The notes under the pieces are model-generated. The model saw only the letters and a program-made list of their open reading frames with translations. It had not been told where the DNA came from and did no database searches. A DNA stretch of 64,000 bases. Source: an uncultured Verrucomicrobiae bacterium. Lineage in GTDB: Bacteria > Verrucomicrobiota > Verrucomicrobiia > Chthoniobacterales > UBA10450. The stretch lies in NCBI GenBank assembly GCA_963735805.1, contig CAVTMK010000004.1, positions 736,001 to 800,000 of the forward strand. Reading direction: 5' to 3'. The position numbers were made by a program, and so were the translations under genes. This document shows, one piece after another, positions 56,503 through 64,000 of this stretch; position 1 is the stretch's first letter, and the number at the start of each line of letters is the position of its first letter.

Positions 56503-57807
56503 ATGAAAAAGAAAGCTGCTGCTCAATTTGTCCGCCGGCTTGCTCGCGAAGACTCCTTGCTCGCGAAAACATTCGGAGTTCGGAGTAGCTTTGGCGAAGG
56601 CGGATCACTGATCACCGCGCTTTACGCTTTGGTCGTCGCGCTGCTGGTTTGTTTACCTTCGACCAGTCGCGCCCAATTGGTCGACAGCTTTGACCCCAAC
56701 GCGAACAATGATGTCCGTGCCTTTGCAGTGCAGGCTGATGGCAAGATTCTGGTGGGCGGATTCTTCACCAGCATGGGCGGCCAGACCCGCAACCGCATTG
56801 CGCTATTTAATCCCGACGGCTCGCTGGTCGACAGCTTTGACCCCAACGCCAACTTTGCTGTCCGTGCCATTGCAGTGCAGGCCGATGGCAAGATTGTGGT
56901 GGGCGGCGCCTTCAACAGCATGGGCGGCCAGACCCGCAACGGCATTGCGCGGCTTAATCCCGACGGCTCGCTCGACACCAGCTTTGACCCCAACGCGAAC
57001 CGTGAAGTCGATTCCCTTGCAGTGCAGGCCGATGGCAAGCTTGTGGTGGGCGGCGCCTTCAGCAGCATCGGCGCCCAGCCCCGCAACGACATCGCGCGGC
57101 TTAATCCCGACGGCTCGCTCGACGCCACCTTCGACCCCAACGTCACCGAGACGACAGGAACGGGTGCTGTCGAAGCCCTTGCGGTGCAGGCGGATGGCAA
57201 GATTGTGGTGGGCGGGGTCTTCACCAGCGTCGGTGGCCAGCCCCGCAACAACATCGCGCGGCTCAATCCCGACGGCTCGCTGGACGCCTGCTTTGACCCC
57301 AACGCGAGCTTTTTTGTCGAAGCCCTTGCGGTGCAGGCCGACGGCAAGATTGTGGTGGGCGGGTTGTTCACCTTCATCGGTGGCCAGCCCCGCAACGGCA
57401 TTGCGCGGCTTAATTCCGACGGCTCGCTCGACGCCTGCTTTGACCCCAACGCCTACGGCCAGGTCCATTCCCTTGCGGTGCAGGCCGACGGCAAGATTGT
57501 GGTGGGCGGCTGGGTCAGCATCGGCGGCCAGACCTACAACGGCATTGCGCGGCTTAATTCCGACGGCTCGCTGGACGCCAGCTTTGACCCCAACGCGAAC
57601 GATTTTGTCTTTGCCCTTGCGATGCAGGCCGACGGCAAGATTCTGGTGGGCGGAGCCTTCCAATTCATAGGTGGCCAGCCCCGTAACCGCATCGCTCGGC
57701 TTAATCCCGAAGCACCAACACCAACACCTACGCCATGCACAGGCAGATGCGGACCAACACCTAGGCCGCGTCCCACTCCGCACCCTCGCCCGACTCCGCC
57801 GTGCTAA
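56503..57807 (+). CDS. Secreted delta-60 repeat (7-bladed beta-propeller-like) protein
   Basis: Seven about 49-aa repeats [12 protein letters not shown]...[16 protein letters not shown]; Pro/Arg/Thr tail. Confidence 0.85.
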   Translation: MKKKAAAQFVRRLAREDSLLAKTFGVRSSFGEGGSLITALYALVVALLVCLPSTSRAQLVDSFDPNANNDVRAFAVQADGKILVGGFFTSMGGQTRNRIALFNPDGSLVDSFDPNANFAVRAIAVQADGKIVVGGAFNSMGGQTRNGIARLNPDGSLDTSFDPNANREVDSLAVQADGKLVVGGAFSSIGAQPRNDIARLNPDGSLDATFDPNVTETTGTGAVEALAVQADGKIVVGGVFTSVGGQPRNNIARLNPDGSLDACFDPNASFFVEALAVQADGKIVVGGLFTFIGGQPRNGIARLNSDGSLDACFDPNAYGQVHSLAVQADGKIVVGGWVSIGGQTYNGIARLNSDGSLDASFDPNANDFVFALAMQADGKILVGGAFQFIGGQPRNRIARLNPEAPTPTPTPCTGRCGPTPRPRPTPHPRPTPPC

Positions 57808-57867
57808 CCAAGCGGAAGTCAGCGCGGACTGAAGCCCATCTTATCAGCGCGACCTAGCCGGATGCGC

Positions 57868-58316
57868 TTAGCGAGATTGCGTTCCGTTGCGCTCTGCTTT
57901 TTTTCGTAGCCGCTGAAATTGTTCTTCGAGCTTTTTTAGTTCGTCGTCAGAAAGCTCTTCAAGATCAACCAGTTCATTCCGAGCGCCTTTGATGGCACGA
58001 ATGATCTCGTCGAGTTTAAAAGAACAGCTTTAGCATTGCGGTTCTGAGTGTTTTGAATCAGGCACACCATCAGAAATGTGACGATGGTCGTGCCGGTATT
58101 AATGATGAGCTGCCAGGTATTCGAAAAATGAAACGTTGGTCCGGTCGCCGCCCAAATTACGATGACAACAACGGCTATCGTGAACGCGCAGGCGCTTCCC
58201 AGAATAATAGAAGAATGGCGTTCGAAAACGCGAAACGCGTCCTGGACGACACAAAACAAATTTCGCGATCTTTCTTCTTTTGATTTCTTAGTTTGAGTCT
58301 CATTCACGGATACCAC
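57868..58316 (-). pseudogene. Low-affinity iron permease family protein, frameshifted near 58017
   Basis: WQLIINTGTTIVTFLMV..IQNTQNR in frame 0; expected KLDEIIRA...ELVDLEELSDDEL continues in the -1 frame to TAA at 57868. Confidence 0.8.
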
Positions 58317-58429
58317 TTCAAATTCGCGGGCAGTGTGGCGATTTGGGGCATCAGATCGAGGCTAAGCAGGTTGCCCCAAACGCGACGTTGATTTTTCCAC
58401 TGAGTTAAGGAAAACTTGCCTCCGAGTTC

Positions 58430-60367
58430 ATGCAGCTTCTTAGCGCATTTTCACGTCCGCAAACCGTACCGATTGGCCCGGCGACTGCCCCGAGGAAAAG
58501 CCTGTGGATATTAGATTCCTGGCGCGACCTGGTTCTTTACGTCGGCACACCGCTGTTGTTGGTGCCGGCTTTCGCGCTGGCCCAGGCGCGCTGGAGTCCG
58601 CAGGATATTTATCTTTTCGTCGCGGCGTTTGGAGCGATGGGACATCACTTGCCCGGTATGATCCGCGCCTATGGCGATCGCGCTTTGTTCGAACGCTTCA
58701 AATGGCGCTTCATTCTCGCGCCGTTGTTTCTCCTCGCGGTGTGTACGGCCTTTTTCTGGTGGGACTTGAAGGGAATTTTGCTGGTCGTTTTCTTCTGGGG
58801 CGTCTGGCACGGGTTAATGCAAACCTATGGCTTCTGTCGCATCTACGACGCAAAAACGGGCACCTTCGACGCACTCACGCGCCGGCTCGATTTTGGGATG
58901 TGCTTAATCTGGTTTGCTACAGCGGTGGCGCTTTCGCCATATCGACTGAGTGACACCCTCGATACCTACTACATGTGTGGCGGACCGTTTATCCCGTCAA
59001 CAGTGGTTCAAGCCGGCCAACACCTGATCCTTTTTGCAGCTATTGCAGTTTCGGTTGTCTTTCTACTGCATTTCGGACGGATGTGGATCATCGGGCACCG
59101 GCCCAATCCTGTAAAGTTGGCCCTACTCGTTACGAGCATCGCGTTTTGGTGGTACTGCAATAATCTTGTCGCGAATATTATTGTAGGCATTGCGCTCTTC
59201 GAAGTTTTCCACGACGTGCAGTACCTCTCGCTGGTCTGGATCTACAATCGCAATCGCGTCGAGAAGGATAGCAACATCGGAGGATTCATGCGCTTCGTCT
59301 TTCGACGGAGCGGCTCGCTAATCGGACTTTATGTCGGCCTGGTTTTCGCCTATGGCTCGGTCGCTTATTTCAATGCGCACCTGGGAATGGAGAACATTAA
59401 GCGCATCCTCACAGGTGTGGTCACAGCTTCCACGCTGCTGCATTTTTATTATGATGGTTTTATCTGGAAGGTTCGGGAACGCTCCACCCGGCAATCGCTC
59501 GGGCTAAGCGGCGGCACCGCCGATGTATCGTTGGGCGGCATCCTTCCGGGCTGGGCCTGGCATGGGTTCAAATGGGTGGCGGTGTTTGTCATGCCGCTAG
59601 GCGCGCTCTGGTTTTGGCAGACACATCTAATGGTTCCAGAAGTCCAACGGCGGGCGTGGCTGGTGGCAGACGTGCCGTCTGGCGCAAAGCAGCACTTTGA
59701 GTATGGCGTTGCGCTGCAAAAGGCGAACCAATGGGAAAAGGCGGAAGAGCAATATAAAACCGCACTCCGTTTCAATCCTACCGATGCACAATCGCACATG
59801 AACCTTGCTGTCGCCTTGATGGCACAAGCCAAATTCGATGCGGCCGTGCCGCACATGAAAGAGGCGTTACGTCTCCAGCCAAACGAAGGCGAATTCTATT
59901 TGAGTTACGCGAATTTGCTTCAGCGCATTGGACGCGGAGACGAAGCCGGACCTCAGTATGAAGCAGCGGCGCGCCTGCTGCCGGATTCACCCGAGGCCCA
60001 CTACAATTACGCATTGTTTCTTGCCTCAACAGGAAAAGAAAGTGATTCCGCCAGCGAATTGCGGCAAGTAGTTCAGCTCAAACCCGATTATGCGGATGCC
60101 CAACTGCAGTTGGCAAACGCCCTATTTGCAAAAGGTAATCTTGAGGAGGCCAAAATGCATTACATAGCGGCGCTTGGCACAGATCCCAAGTTAGCGGTCG
60201 CTCACAATAGTTTAGGCAGACTTTACCTGGCCCAGGGGCAGGTTTCTCAGGCCATTGTCCAATTCAGTGAAGCATTGCGCTTGAATCCCAATTACAAAGA
60301 GGCCGAGGAAAATCTGCGCGTTGCCAAAGCAAACGACGCTCAGTTTCTTGGGCAAACGCACAATTAA
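58430..60367 (+). CDS. Multi-TM membrane protein with C-terminal TPR repeats
   Basis: About 10 TM helices with His motifs (GHH, WHG, FHDVQY, HFYYDG) followed by TPRs. Confidence 0.8.
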   Translation: MQLLSAFSRPQTVPIGPATAPRKSLWILDSWRDLVLYVGTPLLLVPAFALAQARWSPQDIYLFVAAFGAMGHHLPGMIRAYGDRALFERFKWRFILAPLFLLAVCTAFFWWDLKGILLVVFFWGVWHGLMQTYGFCRIYDAKTGTFDALTRRLDFGMCLIWFATAVALSPYRLSDTLDTYYMCGGPFIPSTVVQAGQHLILFAAIAVSVVFLLHFGRMWIIGHRPNPVKLALLVTSIAFWWYCNNLVANIIVGIALFEVFHDVQYLSLVWIYNRNRVEKDSNIGGFMRFVFRRSGSLIGLYVGLVFAYGSVAYFNAHLGMENIKRILTGVVTASTLLHFYYDGFIWKVRERSTRQSLGLSGGTADVSLGGILPGWAWHGFKWVAVFVMPLGALWFWQTHLMVPEVQRRAWLVADVPSGAKQHFEYGVALQKANQWEKAEEQYKTALRFNPTDAQSHMNLAVALMAQAKFDAAVPHMKEALRLQPNEGEFYLSYANLLQRIGRGDEAGPQYEAAARLLPDSPEAHYNYALFLASTGKESDSASELRQVVQLKPDYADAQLQLANALFAKGNLEEAKMHYIAALGTDPKLAVAHNSLGRLYLAQGQVSQAIVQFSEALRLNPNYKEAEENLRVAKANDAQFLGQTHN

Positions 60368-60370
60368 TTT

Positions 60371-61219
60371 TTGGTTGGGCGCGCTCTCTATCTCAATCTG
60401 GATGACGCGTGGCGGGACGAACCTTTGGGTCTTCCTGTAGTTGACGCGCGGGCGTGGGGGCGACGATTGCGTTTCTCCGCGCCGCCACGGCTGATTAGCG
60501 AGTTTTATTCTGCGCACGGAACGAATCTCGCATCTCCGTTTTTGCTCTATGGGTCAGGCGATTTTCACTACCTGACGGCGCTGCGGTTGCGTCGCATTGC
60601 CGGACCGATCGGTGTCGTTTCATTCGATAATCATCCGGACTGGGATGTGCGCCCTCCGAAATGGGGTTGCGGTGGTTGGGTCAATCGCGCATTGGACTTA
60701 GCAAACGTTAAACGAGTGAGCGTATGGGGTTGCGGAAATTTCGAGTGTTGGTGGCCGCACCAAATTTTCGGAAACCGTCGCGCCGAACGCGCAGGCGTTT
60801 TGGAAGTTCATCCATGGGCAGACGATCGTCCTGCCAAGGATCGACATCGCCGGGGAGCGATCTTGCGGGATAATTGGCGCGCGCACTTTGAGCAATTTTC
60901 AAAAACGGCACCAGGAAACCCGCTTTATGTCACGATCGACCTTGACTGTCTCGATGCGAGCGAGGCAGTGACGAATTGGGAAGCTGGCCGCTTTACGATT
61001 ACCGATCTGGAATGGGCACTCGGAAAATTGCGCGAATCCTCTCAGATTATTGGAGGCGATATTTGTGGCGCCTATTCACCGCCAAAGTACGCGCGCTTCA
61101 AACAGCGCTTCGCGGCCGAATTCGATCACCCGAAAATCCAGCTGCCAGATGCAGAGCGGATTCGTGAGATCAATCTGGCAGCTCTTGAAAAATTGTGGCC
61201 ACTGTTGTCCGGCGCGTAA
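60371..61219 (+). CDS. Arginase/ureohydrolase-like protein
   Basis: GSGDFH, FDNHPD, YVTIDLDCL, GGDICG. Confidence 0.75.
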   Translation: MVGRALYLNLDDAWRDEPLGLPVVDARAWGRRLRFSAPPRLISEFYSAHGTNLASPFLLYGSGDFHYLTALRLRRIAGPIGVVSFDNHPDWDVRPPKWGCGGWVNRALDLANVKRVSVWGCGNFECWWPHQIFGNRRAERAGVLEVHPWADDRPAKDRHRRGAILRDNWRAHFEQFSKTAPGNPLYVTIDLDCLDASEAVTNWEAGRFTITDLEWALGKLRESSQIIGGDICGAYSPPKYARFKQRFAAEFDHPKIQLPDAERIREINLAALEKLWPLLSGA

Positions 61220-61246
61220 ATGTTTCGGCGCCTCTGCACTCTCTTG

Positions 61247-61591
61247 CTAGCTGAGCGAAACCAGCACGATCCCGACGCTGATCAACAACGCGCCGATCGC
61301 CAGCCGCAGGTTGAGCTTTTCTTTTAGCACGATGCCTGCCATCAGCGTGATGAAAAGCACGCTTAAACCTTGAAACGGATAAAGGTAACTTAGGTCGAAT
61401 CGCTGCAGCAATCCGAGTGTGAGAAAGAAAGAGATCGTCATTAGAATGATGCCGCTAGTAACCTTGGAGACAAACTGGGCGTTTCGGAAGCCGGTCGACC
61501 TGGAGGCCTCCATCGCTCGCTTCAAGATGAGCTGAGCGGCGACGAAACTTACCAGAGAAACAACGATCAATAAGAAGGCCAGAAAACTCAC
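61247..61591 (-). CDS. Small EamA/ArnE-like membrane transporter or flippase subunit
   Basis: 4 TM helices, DLSYLYP, LKEKL; GTG start overlaps the upstream stop. Confidence 0.75.
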   Translation of the reverse strand: MSFLAFLLIVVSLVSFVAAQLILKRAMEASRSTGFRNAQFVSKVTSGIILMTISFFLTLGLLQRFDLSYLYPFQGLSVLFITLMAGIVLKEKLNLRLAIGALLISVGIVLVSLS

Positions 61592-61992
61592 AGGCGTTCC
61601 TCGAATTGCGCGATCGGTTTCGCAACCAACGCCAGCCCAATAATCACCAGCGCGATTCCGCACCACCGCAGCGGCGAAATCAATTCGCCGAGAAAAATCC
61701 AACAGCCCAGTGGGACGAGGATATCGACCACACGCGACAGGGGAAACGCGATAGTGATCGGAATATATCTCAGCACATAAAGCCAGCTGATGAAGCTGGC
61801 GACAATGAGAAGAATGGCCCACCACACCAGCGGCGACGCCAAACCGTTTACACCGGTCCAGGACCATGCGCTGTCAGTGTTTGCGACCTCTGTTGCACCG
61901 CGTTTCAAAAGAAATTCGGACACCACTACGCACGCGACGCTAAGAACAAGTTGAAGCCAGGGGTTGGCGAAACCGGAAGGTCGCTTTTGCAT
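61588..61992 (-). CDS. Small EamA/ArnF-like membrane transporter or flippase subunit
   Basis: 4 TM helices, WLYVLRYIPITIAFP, FLGE. Confidence 0.78.
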   Translation of the reverse strand: MQKRPSGFANPWLQLVLSVACVVVSEFLLKRGATEVANTDSAWSWTGVNGLASPLVWWAILLIVASFISWLYVLRYIPITIAFPLSRVVDILVPLGCWIFLGELISPLRWCGIALVIIGLALVAKPIAQFEERL

Positions 61993-62130
61993 CCGCTTTT
62001 TTAATGCGCAATGATGTCATCGCAAGTGGATTGATGTTGTTGTAGCCTCTTGCTGTTTCGACGCGTTCAACGCGCGTTACTACCGCTACACGGCGGCGCA
62101 ACGCCGTGGCTACGAAGCTTCATGGGTTCG

Positions 62131-63294
62131 TCAAAGCTGATCGGCGTTCGGAAACTGCTGCAAAACAGGATCGTGACGTGTCGGGCCGAGATATTTGATT
62201 AGGCGGCGAAAGATCGGGTTGAGCAGCGGACTTGTGTGCGTGACATAGAGGTCGAGGGGCACAAGCTCGCAATCCAGATGCAGTTTCGGCTCGTAATTAA
62301 GCGGATTGCTGTAGTAATATTTTAAACCCTGCTCCAGTGCCCAGGAGATGATGTCGCGCAGCGTGTAAAAATAAAGATGCAGTTCCAGGGCCACGCTGTA
62401 GTCCAGACCAATGCATTCGTCATAAATCTTCTCGTCACAGACGAGGCAAAAACTGAATGCGACGATCTTGCCCAACTGGCGCCAGATGAAAAAGCGTGCT
62501 TGTTCCGGCATCTGTTGTGCAATCGCGCGAAAATAATCCTTTGTTAGTGTCTCAAATTTCAATGCTGAGCGCTCGTGGACTGCGAGATACAGGGGATAAA
62601 TCTCATCAACAAGATCCGTGACGTCGTTGACGACCTCCAAGTCGATCTTGGGTGCATGCTCGGCTTTGCGGAATTTCCGGCGCAGATCTTTTCGGGTTGC
62701 CTTGCTAAGTGTGGAAAAATATTCGTCCCAGTTATGATAATGGAGCGAAAGCCGTGTCATCGGCATGCTGGGAATTCGTGCGTAACCATTCGCGGGGAAC
62801 GCTTCGAGCTCCGAACGATAGTTTGAAGGGAAATCCTTCAGAACGACCAGGGAGGCCTTGTTGTGCCTTGCATAAGCCGAAATGCTCGCCTGCAACATGT
62901 TCGCTACCCACGCTTCGTCTTTCGGGTTACACGCGCCCAAATCCCCTGTACCCGCAGCGCAGCCAACCATCAAAACACGCATCGTTAAAAAACGCGGGAA
63001 AATTTTGCGAATACGATCAACCAGCGAACTAATTTTACCTGGCACGCCCTCGACCAGGTTTTGCCGAACAAAAAATACGGGCTGGATTCCCCGGGCACAT
63101 CCCGAATCATCCTCGAGCAGCAGATAGTAGTGTTCGAAATTACCCTGGAGCGTTTCTTCTACGATATCGTAGTAACGATGGTCTTTGCACTTGTTGTGGA
63201 ACGCGCGTGGCCACGCGTCGCAATTGTGCAGCTCGGACCCGGTGACGATCTTCGCCATTCCTTGCGGAGTTCGAATGCTGTTCCTATGCCGCAT
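62131..63294 (-). CDS. GNAT/FemAB-like acyltransferase
   Basis: VLKDFP, YFSTLSKATRKDLRRK, IGLDY, NYEPKLHL; start at 63294 inferred. Confidence 0.75.
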   Translation of the reverse strand: MRHRNSIRTPQGMAKIVTGSELHNCDAWPRAFHNKCKDHRYYDIVEETLQGNFEHYYLLLEDDSGCARGIQPVFFVRQNLVEGVPGKISSLVDRIRKIFPRFLTMRVLMVGCAAGTGDLGACNPKDEAWVANMLQASISAYARHNKASLVVLKDFPSNYRSELEAFPANGYARIPSMPMTRLSLHYHNWDEYFSTLSKATRKDLRRKFRKAEHAPKIDLEVVNDVTDLVDEIYPLYLAVHERSALKFETLTKDYFRAIAQQMPEQARFFIWRQLGKIVAFSFCLVCDEKIYDECIGLDYSVALELHLYFYTLRDIISWALEQGLKYYYSNPLNYEPKLHLDCELVPLDLYVTHTSPLLNPIFRRLIKYLGPTRHDPVLQQFPNADQL

Positions 63295-63448
63295 AGAATG
63301 CGATTTTCTCACTTTCCGCGACCAGGGTTGGATTGGCGATAATTCCGCATCTGGGTTTAAGAGGGCACCGATCTTCATTCGAAACAAACGCAAGGTGAAC
63401 AAACCTGCGAGCAGGTTTGTCAAAATTGTTCGATACTGCGTCTTCGAA

Positions 63449-64000
63449 GTGAACCATATTTGGGAGCATTCCGTGCGGTCGAAGGTCCTGGTGATGGTGG
63501 CAGCTATCGCGCTGGCCATTTTTCTTGGCGCTGTGGATTATATTACAGGTCGCGATTGGGCAATGTCAGCTTTCTACCTGCTGCCGACGTGCGTCGCGGC
63601 ATGGGCGGCCGGCCGGTGGGCGGGATTTGCCCTGGGGGCTTTGTGCACAGGCGCCTGGTTCTTTAGCGATATTCTCAATGGCGCGACATATCAGTCTGAG
63701 GTTATTCCCGTTTGGAATGCGATCATGCTTTTCGTATTTTTTTTGGTGGTAGTCTGGTTACTGACTGCATTCCAACGTTCTCACTATCACCTGGAGCAAG
63801 TCGTCGAGGAGCGAACAGCCGCGTTGCGAACGGAGATGGAAGAGCGCAAGCGGCTGGAACAGGCTAACCTCCAAGCGGAACGTCTTGGGGTGGTTGGCTC
63901 TATGGCAGCTCAGGTCGCCCATGAAATTCGGAATCCGCTTGGCTCCATTTCACTCAATCTTGACCTGATAGGAGACGAAGTTCACGCTTTCGCCAATTCC
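63449..64000 (+). CDS. Membrane sensor histidine kinase (5' part, runs off the window)
   Basis: TM sensor (VDYITG..FYLLP), VEERTAAL, MAAQVAHEIRNPL H-box; start uncertain (63395 or 63449). Confidence 0.85.
   Translation, partial: MNHIWEHSVRSKVLVMVAAIALAIFLGAVDYITGRDWAMSAFYLLPTCVAAWAAGRWAGFALGALCTGAWFFSDILNGATYQSEVIPVWNAIMLFVFFLVVVWLLTAFQRSHYHLEQVVEERTAALRTEMEERKRLEQANLQAERLGVVGSMAAQVAHEIRNPLGSISLNLDLIGDEVHAFANS

Noticed and set aside
56622..57783. Long alternative-frame and antisense ORFs over repeat genes (also over 160-2938 and 35-42 kb)
   Set aside because: Shadow ORFs caused by GC-rich repetitive codon usage

Overview
64-kb bacterial chromosomal segment. Gene repertoire and protein style suggest a soil Verrucomicrobium (Chthoniobacterales / Ca. 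Udaeobacter-like); this is an inference. Housekeeping genes (tdh, kbl, sufS-sufU, lysA, gap-pgk-tpiA, miaA-hflX, nth, lipid and envelope enzymes) are interleaved with accessory blocks. (1) Seven paralogous secreted Gly/Asn/Thr-repeat tail-fibre-like proteins: two at 0.2-2.9 kb and a mosaic array of five at 35-42 kb. The array lies just downstream of an ECF sigma / Ser-Thr kinase pair; four of its genes carry their own copy of a (G/A)TAAC-N16-CGAA ECF-type promoter, and five of the seven share a covarying 5'-leader hairpin. (2) A metal-uptake island (15-23.7 kb) in which two His/Cys-rich, FEHAPP-terminated DUF2946-like leader peptides each precede an outer-membrane transporter; a TA-flanked MITE splits a former TAATG gene overlap. 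(3) Two choice-of-anchor-Q genes bracketed by a diverged duplicate of the nth 3' end, plus a 7-repeat delta-60 protein. Several small palindromic repeat families occur, some in frame inside genes (miaA, kinase, arylesterase, delta-60 protein). There are two probable pseudogenes (bioB fragment, frameshifted low-affinity iron permease). No rRNA, tRNA, CRISPR array, transposase or integrase was recognised.
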